DNA of 64,000 nucleotides from Octopus sinensis (taxonomy: Eukaryota). The stretch covers positions 17,050,001 through 17,114,000 of the forward strand of contig NC_043021.1 of NCBI RefSeq assembly GCF_006345805.1, given 5' to 3'. A model generated the notes under the pieces. The model did no database searches. It was not told where the DNA came from and saw nothing but the letters and a program-made list of their open reading frames with translations. Of the stretch, positions 10,363-22,938 are shown piece by piece (within the stretch, counting starts at the first letter, position 1; every line of letters starts with the position of its first letter). Made by a program: the position numbers and the translations under genes.

Positions 10363-12734
10363 CAGATGGAAACTGAAAAAAGCCCACCATGTATATATCT
10401 GTGTATGTCTTTGACAACTGGTGTTGGTATGTTTACATCCTGGTAGCTTAGCAGTTCAGCAAAAAGGACCAATAGAATAAATACTGGGCTTCCAAAACAA
10501 AATAAGTCCTCGGGGGGGGGGTCGATTCATTTGACTAAAAATTCTTCAAAACAGTGCTCCAGTATGGCCACCATCTAATGAGCAAAACAAATAAAAGACA
10601 TACCTGAGACAGGTGAGAGAAAAGGAACAGAGATATCTTCTGGTTCTTGACATTCTGTGTCCAAATCACATAGTGAGCCCCTTTGAATACAATCACCCAG
10701 TTTTGGGGGTCCCACCCCCACTAATTTCAGGGACCCTGAAAAAATAGTTGTTGTTGTTGTTGCCGATGTTGTGGGTGCTTGCTGAGGTTGTTCAACCTCT
10801 GGTCAGTCTTGTTCAAGAGCTGACCTATGATCAGAAGCATTCCAACCATGACCATCCTGTCTTTTTTTTTTCCATGTGTTACAGGGTTTTTCTTCTTGAC
10901 AACATTCAAAATGGGGTTTTTATTTTCTTCTGAAACGGTGGAGATTTAGCTGCTATTTCTAGTAGTTTTGATGACCTCATCAAAATTCTTCTTTTGTGGG
11001 TGCTGAAAGGGGGGTTGAGGTAGCAAGAGATGTGTGGGGTGGGTGGTTATGAAATAACATTTGATAAACATCGCCCTTCCCCCCTCCTCCTCCTCCTCCT
11101 CCTCCAGAGGACACATGAGAAAATGAAAACAGAACAAGTAGAGATTGTGATAGTTCTTGTGGGGCAGGGAACAACAGGTGGGGGGGGGAATTGAAATTAA
11201 AATGAAGTTATGATTCCCCACTCACCTCTCCATCTCACACCCACCTACCCCAAACTGAAATTCATATTCTGTAGAATGCAGGGCAGACAGTTGGAGACAA
11301 GAGGCAGTGTGTTGCGGGGGGGGGGGGGAGAAAGAGAGAGAGGTCAGGTCACAGCAACCTCCCTCACTCACCCTTACCTATGCTCCCTTCTGACCTCCCA
11401 TCCACCACCTGCCCATCTCTCTCACACTTTCTCACTCTTTCTCTCTCACACATTCTCTCTATCCTTGTCTCTCACTCTCTTTTTTCACTCTTACACTTTC
11501 TCACTTTCACTCTCTGTCTTTCTCTCTCTCCTTGTTTACCCCCCCCCGCTCCCTCTCCCTGTCTCTCTCTGACCTTCCAGTCATAATTCTCACAGTGACA
11601 AGCCAAAAATGAGGACAGCACAGCCAATAAATCTGTTTACCAAATAAATACAGCACTGGGGGTTGTAAATGTAGATAGATTTTATTTTTTCCCAAAGCTG
11701 GTGGTGACAGGGTCAAATTAACACACCACCACCAACATCACTGCTGCTAATTCCACTACCAGCACCCCCACCCCGACATCACCAGCACTCCTCACTATCA
11801 CCACCAACAACAACTCTGCCACAGACCCTCCCCCCACCAACCCCTCTACCATCGATACCTCCACCACCATGACCACCACTACTGCAGCAGAGCAAAGCCA
11901 GAGTGTGGTCCCCTAAATCACTCTTGAGCAAAGTGGGTCTCCCGATGGGTAGAAGATCACTTTGAATGTCTTCTTTTTTTTTTTAAGTGTGTGTGGCACC
12001 TGATGAGGAGCTATGTCTCATGTGGCCCACTTCTCCAAACAAAAAAAGAAAGTTGCTCATGCCTGCTTTATGTTGTAGTTTTGGTCTGCTAGAAAAAACA
12101 ACCAAGTCTCCCTCAAATCACATCCTACCATTTGCAAAGAAAACAAAAAAAAAAAATCAAGAGACACATGGGATGGTCATGGCTGGAATATCTTCAATAA
12201 TGGACACAGACTTGGCTGTGTGATAAGAAGCTTGTTTCCCAACCACATGGTTCCAGGTTCAAGTCCCACTGCATGACACCTTGGGCAAGTGCCTCCTACT
12301 ATAGCCTCGGGCAAATCAAAGCTTTTGAGTAGATTTGGTAGGTGGAAACTGAATGAAGCCCATCATACGTGTGTGTGTGTGTGTCTCTCTCTCTCTCTCT
12401 TTGCATCTATGTTTGTCCCCTACTTCCGCTTGACAACCGGTGTTGGTATTCTTTTACTACTCTAGGCACAAGGCCCAAAATTTTGGGGGAGTGGGGGAAG
12501 TCAATTAGACTGACCCCAGTACACAACTGGTACTTAATTTATTGACTCCGAAAGGATGAAAGGCAAAGTCGACCTTGTCAGAATTGGCCTGAGGCTATAA
12601 TAGAGGACACTTGCCCAAGGTGCCGCGTAGTGGGACTGAACCCGGAACCATGTGGTTGGGGGAAGCAAGCTTCTTACCACACAGCCACTCTTGCACCTGT
12701 AACTTAGTTCAACAAATGAGATCAATACAATTAC

Positions 12735-12950
12735 TCTCTCTTTTTTACTCTTTTACTTGCTTCAGTCATTTGACTGCGGCCATGCTGGAGCACCGCCTTT
12801 AGTCGAGCAAATCGACCCCGGGACTTATTCTTTGTAAGCCCAGTACTTATTCTATCAGTCTCTTTTGCCGAACCGCTAAGTGACAGGAACATAAACACAC
12901 CAACATTGGTTGTTGAGCAATGCTAGGGGAGACAAACACAGACACACACA

Positions 12951-12992
<42 letters not shown>

Positions 12993-13297
12993 GGGCATCC
13001 AGCTGTAGAAACACTGCCATATCTGACTGGCCTGGTGCAGCCTTCGGGCTTGCCAGACCCCAGTTGAACCGTCCAACCCATGCTAGCATGGAAAGCGGAC
13101 GTTAAACGACGATGATGATGATGATGATGATGATGATACGACAGGCTTCTTTCAGTTCTGTCTACCAAATCCACTCACAAAGCTTTGGTCGGCCCGGGGC
13201 TATAGCAGAAGACACTTGCCCAAGATGCCACGCAGTGGGACTGAACCCAGAACCATGTGGTTGGTAAGCAAGCTACTTACCCCACAGCCACTCCTGC
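12735..13297 (-). mobile_element. SINE family A with a family D fragment (about 12992-13137, +) inserted in its internal (TA)n tract
   Basis: Both halves of family A flank a D-type 3' end with a (GAT)n tail. Confidence 0.85.
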
Positions 13298-13859
13298 ACC
13301 TATAATTAGTACCAATCTAAAAAATAAAAACAGAAAAAAAATTTTTAATTTCTTCAAGGCAGTGCCCCAGCATGGCCACCACCCATTAGTCTAATATGAT
13401 TGACGCAAGTCAGATAAAAGAATAAAGCCTGCTTTATCAAAGATGACTTGGAGCTTAAACAGCAACCACAACCATCGCAACCTTGGCTTAGCACCGGCTC
13501 CCCTACCCCACCCCCATGCCTTTCGCTTCTCCTTTTCCTCCACCCCCCACCCGCCTTCCATCTCCCAAAGACAGAACAACATTATTATGATTGTTGTTTG
13601 CAAGGATAAGATTTCAATGTGTTATGCACCCCCACCACCCGGCATCACCCTGCACCAACCTTTTAATACACAAAGAAAAGAACCCAGACTGCGAGTGGGG
13701 GGGGAATGTTCTAGATATAATTGTTGTTGTATGCTCAGGTGAAATTGGATAACAAGGGCGACAAAATAATAACAGCAGGTAAGTTGTTTTGGTCAGGTAA
13801 ATAAATAGATGCCTTTTCTATAGATAATGTGGCGCCATCTCAATTTAAATTCTTATGCA

Positions 13860-14220
13860 CACATGGATAGATAGACAGATGGATGGATGGATAGGTAGAT
13901 AGACAGGTAGGTAGATAGATAGAAAGAAATAGATTTAGATAGGTAGATAGATAGATAGACAGGTAGGTAGGTAGATAGATAGATAGATGAATGGATAGAT
14001 AGGTAGGTAGATAGATGGATGGATAGGTAAGTAGGTAGATGGATAGATAGGTAGATAGATAGATAGATGAATGGATAGATAGGTAGGTAGATAGATGGAT
14101 AGATAGGTAGATAGATAGATGGATAGGTAAGTAGGTAGATGGATTGATGGATAGATAGGTAGGTAGATAGATAGATGGATAGGTAAGTAGGTAGATGGAC
14201 AGATAGGTAGGTAGAAAGAC
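13860..14220. repeat. Compound (GATA/GGAT/GGTA)n microsatellite followed by a purine-rich tract
   Basis: Direct reading. Confidence 0.95.
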
Positions 14221-14686
14221 AAGTGTGTGTGTGTGTATGAGGCAGAGAGTCAAGGAGAAAGAAATGGAGGGAGAGAACAAGAGGTGGAAGAAAGACAACT
14301 GAAAATAGAGGGGATGAAAAAGAGGAGACAGATAAAGAGAAAGACAGGCAGAGAGAAAGAGAGAGAGAGAAATGTAAAAAAAGAGATGTAGATAGAATGA
14401 GTGAAGGAAAAAGAGAGACTTTAAGAGAAAGTCAGCAAGAGAGAAAAGAAGAAAGAATCTGACAAAGAGAGAGAGGGAGAAAATGAAGAAGAAACTTGGG
14501 CAGTATAAGTGGGGGGGAGATATGGAAAGTGGGGTAGAAAGAGTAAGGAGGAGGAGATGTGAAGCAAGAGAGCCTAGAATGAGGGTAGGGGGGAGGCACA
14601 TAACAATCTCTTTCAAGAGCACAACCCCCACCAACTAGGAAATATCTCTCACCATTTCTCTCTCTCTCTCCCTCCTTCTCTCTCCG

Positions 14687-14721
<35 letters not shown>

Positions 14722-17700
14722 CTTCTCTCTCTCTCTCTCTCAACATGAACGACACAATAAAAGTCTTTTCCAAGTTGATACACAATCCCGTGTGACCTCC
14801 CCTACTGGTGCTGACCTCACATGTCTCACACAATGGCCTAACTGACAAGCACAGTCGTGGCTGTGGAGTCAAGAACCTTCTTAACTGTATGGTTCCCGGT
14901 TCAGTCCCAATGTTAGGCATCGTGATTAGGGGTCTTTTATTACAACCCTGGGCAGACTGAAGCCCAGGAATCATGATACTCACTTCCCAACCACATGGTT
15001 CTGACTTCAGTCTCACTGCATGGCACCTTCAGCAACTGTCTTCTACTATCATGCCCTGGGCCAGATGGCGCCTTATGAGTGAATCTGATTGAAGGAAACT
15101 GTGTGGAAGCCTGTTGTACATGTAATATGTGTGTGTATGTGCACACATGCATGTGTACCCTCGTATTTGTCTCCCTGCCACCATGTGACAACTAGGCATT
15201 GGTCTGTCTATGTGCTTGTAACTTAGCAGTTTGCCCTGAGAGACTGACAGAATAAGTAGGAGCCTTATTGAATATACTCTACTGCATGTATTGAGTACTT
15301 TTTTTTATCTTTTTATTTGTTTCGGTCATTGGACTGTGGCCATACTGGGGTACCACCTTGAAGGATTTAGCTCAACAAATGGTCCCTAGAGCTTACTTTT
15401 TGAGGCCCCTACTCATTCTGTCAGTCTCTTTGGGCAAACTGCTAAGTTACAAGCACATAGACAGACCAATGCCACACAGTGGCAGGGAGACAGTACACAC
15501 ACTGATGTTGACAGTTTTATTAGTTAAAGCTATGGCTATGAATCTGCCCAGGGTTATCTCTCTTTGCTATTTCTCATTGAGGAAGGCTAAAGAGCTAGCA
15601 ACATGTGTCTGGGAATCCACTAAAGAGTGAAATTGGGCAGATATGGTATTTTAAAACCTTTTATCATAAGAGAGAATTTTTTTCTCTACCGTAACTGCAG
15701 TGAATTTGCCTTTAGAAGTCACAAGCATATTTTGACTAACCTAAAGTCCATGTGTATATGTGAAAGTGTGTGTGTGTGTGTGTGTTCATGTCTTTGTGTT
15801 TGTCCCCACACTGGTTGATAACCAGTGTTGGTTTGTTTACATCCCCATATAGTTTCCTTACACGTTTCCCAAGATTCTTGATATGAAATTGTTTAGTTGA
15901 ACAAACATCGCTGTGTTTTAAGAAAGTCAATCTCTCAAAACACACGAGCTGGTTGTAGTTCATTCCTGGTTTAGCAATTAATTAGTAATTTGATTTTGTT
16001 TAATTAATTGGTTTGTCAAAAAGCTTTCGTCAAAGTAAAGAGCGTAAAGAGCTCTTGTATACAAGGTGTGTGTGTGTGTGTGAGAGCAGAAATAAGGTGT
16101 AGAGGTGGGGGAGGATTACAAATGATTACAAATTTTGACAAAGTGATTAATTTGTTAATGTATTAACAAATTATCCTATTAATTCATTAATACTTAAGTG
16201 AAATACAACCAGTTCTTGTATATTAACCGGCAGCGCTGGGAGTGGATTAGGTATACAGAAACTGAAAAAAGCTTTCTCGATGAACAAGCGTCTACACACA
16301 CACACACATACATCGAAAGTCTAGGACTGTGTGGAGACTAGGCTGACAGAGAAAGAAAGAGGGGCCTCTTGTCTTAAGGTATTAAGGACTTGACTTATAA
16401 ACATTAGTTGTGATGAAGAATCTAGACTTCACTTGCAGACTTGGTTGGTTAAAAGTTGATCTCCTTTGCACAAGTCCTTACACACAAAGTCAAGGAGTAT
16501 ATTTGAAGGTTATGCTGACACAGAGACACCTCTTCTCTTAGATGTCTGCACACACACACACATACTCTAAGTGTTATTAGTTGTAAGACATTTCTTTTAC
16601 GTAATACATTATAATAATATCTAATATTATTATTCACAAACATAAACACACAATTAGTTCCAAACAAACAAACACACAAAAATATTGCTTTTTAAAAAAC
16701 ACAATCACTGCACCCTCTCCCACCACAATCATCATCATCATCATCGTTGTCATCATTTAACGTCTGTTTTCCATGCTGGCATGGGTTGGACAGTTTGACA
16801 GTAGGTAGCAAGGCGGAGGGCTGCACCAGTTCCCAGTCATGTTTTGGCATGGTTTTTTTTTACAGCTGGATGGCCTTCTTAATGCCAACCACTTCAGAGT
16901 GGATTGGGTACTTCTTACATGGCACTGACGTAGGTGTGTTTTGTAAGTGGCACCGGCACAAGTGCTCTTTTTACAAGGTGCTGGCACAATAAAAGGTCAA
17001 AATAAAATCCAGGTAAGATATATTTACTTGTATCTTTTTTATTTTTATTTATCTAAATGTGAGATAGTCATAAGGGAAGGTGCAAATAATCGATGACCTT
17101 CACAAGTCCTCGTCGACTTTCTTTTCCTTCCTCAGTAAATATCATTGAAAGAAGGGTTAGTCAAATTGTGAATCAGGTCCTGGGGCACTTTTGCAGAATC
17201 TAACTTCCATTTATGTACTCCTAAGATAGACTTTTATCACCACCAGCCTTGAGTAACAGTTGAAATCAGTGGGGAATGAAGACAAGGGGAGATGAAGCAA
17301 TCCAGAGAATGTGTGGGGGTCACACTTCACATAGGAACTGAGGATGTCGAGGCCAACCAGAAAATTTTGAGATTCACTTCACATTTACAGGAATCAGGTT
17401 TGCAGACATGGCTGTGCGGTAAGTTGCTTACTTACCGACTGCATGGTTCTGGGTTCAGTCCCACTGCATGGCACTTTGGGCAAGTATCTTCTACTATAGC
17501 CCTAGGCCGACCAAATCCTTGTGAGTGGATTTGGTAGATGTCAAGGCAAGGGAGCAACGACACTCGTATGTATACTTACAATAGGCTTCTCTTATTTTCC
17601 ATCTAACAAGACTTTGGGCAGCCTGGGACTTGCAGTAGAAGACCCTTGTCCATGGTGCTATGCAGTGGAACTAAACTGAGAACCATAACCATTATCATTT

Positions 17701-18368
17701 AGCATCTATTTTCCATTCTAGCATGGGTTGGATGGCTTGATTGGATAAGCTGGAGAACTGCACCAGGTTCCAGTCTGATTTAGCATGGTTTCTACGGCTA
17801 GATGCCCCTCCTAATGCCAACCACTTTACAAAGGATGCCATGTGGTTGGAAGGCAATCTCAGAACTACCAAACACTCAAACCTCCACCTATATTACAAGA
17901 GATTAATTTAGTTTATTTCAATTTATTTTTCCATTTAATTCAGCATCACTAAATTCATCTTTTAAGACAAGTGAAACCTGTAGCACATTTAATTAAAAAA
18001 AATGTAAATTAATTTCTTTCTTTTGTCCATGGTGAAGATCTCAAAGCATTTTCTTTTTTGCTTTTTTAATATAATTTACTCATGTAAAACATCTTAACCT
18101 TTGTAATACGTATACAAACCTAGATTACATGTATATCAGCATCATTTAATGTCTGCTTTCCATGCTGGTGTGGGTTGGATGGTTTAACATAGAGCTGTCT
18201 AGACTCCAACTGTCTACTGTGGCATGGTTTCTATGGCTGGATGCCCTTCCTAATGCCAATCACTTTACAGTGTGTGCATTTTATGTGTCACCATCATGGG
18301 TGCATTTACATAATACCAGCATAGGCACTTTTCAAGTGGTAGCAAACACTAGATATATATATATATAT

Positions 18369-18798
18369 GGTGGCTGCCCCCTCGTTATCGAGTATGGCCA
18401 TTGCATGAAGCTTAATCAATGTTATTGTGCAATGCCTGTGCACTGAGTCAATCCCACTCACTAAGCAACAGCAGCCATAATCCGAAAAGAAGAACAAGTC
18501 AACATCATCGGTAACCACTGAGCTGCAGGTTTTATGTCGGAGTTATCCCAGTTACCTTCTCCTAGAAGGATGCCCTAACAAAGGCTAGGAGTCCTTCACT
18601 TCCAATGGCTTAACCGTGCGATTGGGTAGTCAGTCCGATTATTTCTATGTCCCCGCGCATGATACAGCCTTAAGACATTTATCAGATGGCCGTTGACTCT
18701 CAAGAGTTCCTCCGCCCTTTAACGGGTTTTGTTTTTCATCCCGCAGGGTGTCCAATAAACACCCTCCTCACCAAGCAAGCTTGGTGGGGTTGCCGGTT
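18369..18798 (-). mobile_element. Probable RTE-LINE-derived non-autonomous element inserted in (TA)n
   Basis: Minus strand contains CTAGCCTTTGTTAGGGCATCCTTCTAGGAGAAGGTAACT, which resembles RTE 5' UTR sequence as I recall it. CpG-rich and flanked by (TA)n on both sides. No ORF. Confidence 0.45.
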
Positions 18799-19118
18799 TA
18801 TATATATACCTACAAACATTATGCTCATATATTCTTTTCTAGTGTAGGCACAAGGCCCGAAATTTTGGGGGAGGGGGCCAGTCAATTAGATCAATCCCAG
18901 TACGCAACTGCTACTTAATTTATCGACCCCAAAAGGATGAAAGGCAAAAGTCGACTGCGGCGGAATTTGAACTCAGAACGTAAACACAGATGAAATACCG
19001 CTAAGCATTTCGCCTGGTGTGTTGTTTCTTCCAGCTTGCTGGCTTTTATGCTCATATATATACATATACATACATATATATATATATATATACATACATA
19101 TATATATATATATATACA

Positions 19119-19149
<31 letters not shown>

Positions 19150-19154
19150 ATATG

Positions 19155-19363
19155 ATAAAGGGTTATTTGCAACAAGTTGCTTAAACCACATACCGAAAAT
19201 GTTAGAAATAGCAGCCAAATAGGTTACCATTACTATATGGGTTACAAATACTGTTGTTTGTGGAGACTTATTTTTGTAGTAATAGTAATGGTAACCTATT
19301 TGGCTGCTATTTCTAATATTTTCGGTATGTGGTTTAAGCAACTTGTTGCAAATAACCCTTTAT
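19155..19363. repeat. Inverted repeat, 82-bp arms, 45-bp spacer
   Basis: 19155-19236 versus 19282-19363 differ by about one mismatch by eye. Confidence 0.9.
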
Positions 19364-21008
19364 TATAATTATATGTAATTTTTACCGAATATGGTCCTTT
19401 CCATACCGAAAAAACTACTAGGTGAAATTTATTAATTTTATTAAATTAATTATATTCACCCTTTATATGTATCGTATATATATATATATATACACACACA
19501 CACCTATATATATAGACACATGTACCTTCATCATGTACACACACATGTACATACAATATGTATACAGATTCACTGTGTACATATACACAGATTAAACATA
19601 CATTATATTCATATATGATCACGTATTCATAAAAACGACTTGCTCCTCTGACATAAATAAACGTCAATCCAGGGAACACAAACTAAAAAGCTCAACAAGA
19701 TCTAACATGGAGGAAACAAGAAAATAATAAAAACAGAAAAAAGGTGAAAAAAAAAAAGGGACCCAAACTGGAGACAGAAACCACACAAGAAATGTAAGTG
19801 AAAATAAATCAAATAATATTTTTTTCCATTTTTAATTTTTATTTTTAAAGGAATTGTTTTTATTGTTATTTAGTAAAGTAACAATTCTTGTCTTTGAATT
19901 TGAATAAAAGTTCATTGTGTTTAAATTTAATTCTGACCAATAGAAAAAAAAAAAGGAAAGAAATTAGATGAGGGTGGTTGTGGTTGTGGGTTTAAAGCTG
20001 CATGAATGAATGCCAGATGCCCTTCCTGTTGCCACCCCTTCTCCCTTTACAGGTTCCCAAATAAGATAAAAATTTCTTCATAAGCAGTTTGGAAAATGAA
20101 CAACACTACTCATGACAGAGATGTTTGTTTGCAGCCATCACGTGACAGTCCAGACAAAGACACACACACCTTTCGTACTTCCAAGCTTTCCTCCACTTGC
20201 AAACAATACAAGAACACAACTAACTTACTTGCACACTTCTACACACAGCATCCCCACTTGGTTTGTAATTTTTTTCTTGCTCTCTCTCTCTCTCTTCTTA
20301 CTCCAATACTTTTCTTCTGATGAAGGGTTAATGTTCAAAACATTAAAACTCTTTCCTTTTCTTCATACTAATACAATATTTGTTAAAACATGTCCATCTT
20401 GTGTTGGCTTTCCTCTTTTTGTTCATTATATTTTCAACACATACACACATACGAAGGGCTTTTTTTTCAGTTTTCCTCTTCTAAATCTGCATCACAAAAC
20501 TTTGATTGGCCCAGGGTCAGAGGAAAAGACACTTGCTCAAGGTGTCATGCACTGGGATTGAACCCAAAACGACATTTAAGAAGCAAGCCTCTTATCCAGT
20601 CATTCCCACATAAACACAGTCAAAAGGTTCTGTGAACAACCTCCCACCACCACCCTAACCCTTTGTAGGTGCCCTTTACAAATATCTATAGCTTTCGGTT
20701 TACACTGAGCCCTGTGAATAAAATGGGGAGGAGGTAGATGTAAACAGTTGTAGCTTATCACATGTGAATTGAGCCTGGGATTCAAAAGATACCCCCTTGT
20801 TGTCTACAGAACCTCACTGATATAGATTGAGGATTACGTTAAGGGGACATATATCTGTGGTGTACTCAGCCACTTACACTTTTAATTCAATGAGTAGGTG
20901 GTCATTCAAACAGATGAAAGCTCATCAGTGAAGCCACACAGGACTCATGATTATCATATATGAGTATGTATGTATGCATATGTGTAGAAAAAAATATATA
21001 CATGTGGA

Positions 21009-21049
<41 letters not shown>

Positions 21050-21135
21050 GTGATGGTGGGGTATTTTGTGTGTGTATGTATAAATAATTTCATCAATTGG
21101 ATCTCAGCTACATAGAACTCTGCACTATACTCCTC

Positions 21136-21375
21136 TGTAGTCCGATAGCCAGGTCCAGTAGAGGAGCTTTCTGTGGCAGCCACAAGATTCCATATACTGC
21201 ATTACAAATTTATATTATGTTTGTCTCTCTCTCTGTATATGTATATATATATATATATATATATACATACATATACAGAGAGAGAGACAAACATAATATA
21301 AATTTGTAATGCAGTATATGGAATCTTGTGGCTGCCACAGAAAGCTCCTCTACTGGACCTGGCTATCAGACTACA
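21136..21375. repeat. About 240-bp near-perfect palindrome centred on (TA)n
   Basis: TGTAGTCCGATAGCCAGG...CTCTGTATATG / CATATACAGAG...CCTGGCTATCAGACTACA. Confidence 0.95.
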
Positions 21376-21952
21376 TAGCAGTCCAATACAGAGGCATAAA
21401 CAGGGTAGTCAGGCATTGCTTTCTTCCCCAATGCATGTATATAAACATATATGTTTGTGTAAGTGCTTCCACACATGCCCCCCACAGAGCAGAACCTGTA
21501 TCAAATGTTAGGAGTTTCCCTATGTTTTGTCACTGAAACTGGGTGAGCCCTAACTATGAAGGGACTGTACTTACACTTGCTTTCAAATTGTTGGCTGGCA
21601 CAAGGCTAGTAATTCCAGGGGAGGGGTCAAGTTGATTACAATGACCCCAATGTTCAACCAGTACTTATTTTGTTGACCCCGAAAAGATAGAAGGCAAAGT
21701 CGACGTCAGTGGAATTTGAACTCAGAACATAAAGAGGGATGAAATGCTGCTAAGAATTTTGTCTGGCAATTTAATGGTTCCCCTAGCTTGGTCCCTTAGG
21801 ACTGTACATGTACTGAAAAGGGACCAAGCCTTGTCCTGTACACACTCACACACACACAGAGTCTGCTTTCTATGTCGGCATGGGTTGGATGTTGTGATAG
21901 GGTCCAATGGATCAGAGGACTATTCTCGATCAAGTCTCTTCGGTTTTCTGGG

Positions 21953-22204
21953 GTGGTTCTCTGGCTGGATGCCCTTCCTAATGCTAACCCTTCTAAAGTG
22001 TGTACCAGGTGCGTTTTACAGGGTACCAAAACTCTGGAGTGGTTCTCTAGTTGGATGCCCTTCCTAATTCTAACCCCTCTAAAGTGTGTACCAGGTGCAT
22101 TTTACAGGGTACTAAAACTCTGGAGTGGTTCTCTGGTTGGATGCCCTTCCTAATGCTAACCCCTCTAATGTGTGTACCAGGTGTGTTTTACAGGGTACCA
22201 AAAC
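21953..22204. repeat. Three tandem 86-bp copies of an internal segment of family D
   Basis: GTGGTTCTCT...GGATGCCCTTCC unit starts at 21953, 22039 and 22125. Confidence 0.85.
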
Positions 22205-22907
22205 TTTATTACATAAGAAAAAAAAAAGGGGTATTGAAGGTGGAGGAAAAAATAGGCAAACTGGGAGAGGGGGAGGAAGGACGATAGAGAATGAGAGAAG
22301 AAAGTGAAGAAAGAAATAACATGAATTTTAAAATCAGTCCTTCATCATGTATAACAACATAGTTTCAAGGTTAGCTTCAATTAATTAACACACTTCATTA
22401 GTCATAACGAGTTAGGCAATATGTGGATTTATTAGATGTTTCAAAATACAAAAAAGTAAAAAAAAAAAATAAATGTTAAAAAAAAAAAGAAAGAGCAACA
22501 CAAAACAATTCCTTTATTCTTTTACCTGTTTAAAAGAAAAAAAAAAAGTCACTGGACTGTGGCCAAACTGGAACACCACCTGCAAGGGGTCAGTTTATCG
22601 AACCGACCCCAATTTTCGTATTTTTAAGTCTGGTACTCACTCATTCTCCCATTCTCCTTTTTTTGCTGTACTCCTACACGACAGGGATGTAAACAAACCA
22701 ACACCGCCCGACAAGGAGTGAGAGCCCACGTACACACGCAGCATTTAACTGCCATGTCCCAACAAGTCCGAGGACTGTATCGAGCTCCTATATTAATTTT
22801 GGCATCGTTTTTTTATGGCTGAATGCCCTTCTTAATGCCAACCACTTTACAGAGCAGACTGGGTACTTGTTTGTTTTTTTTCCACAGCACAAGCACTAGT
22901 AAGATGG

Positions 22908-22938
<31 letters not shown>

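Noticed and set aside
13739-13778. Possible 40-nt + strand exon (tcAG...CAG|GTAAGT)
   Set aside because: Good donor but weak acceptor, no recognisable peptide and no partner exons.
13840-14634. 264 aa minus-strand ORF
   Set aside because: Translation of GATA-type microsatellite and purine tract.
15970-16250. Cluster of TAAT / GGATTA homeodomain-like sites
   Set aside because: Cannot be distinguished from AT-rich background without conservation data.
18690-18800. HDV-like ribozyme fold at the RTE-like 5' end
   Set aside because: A P1-like pairing (CCGTTGA/TTAACGG) and TTCCTCC loop appear on the antisense strand, but I found no P2 partner or J4/2 on either strand.
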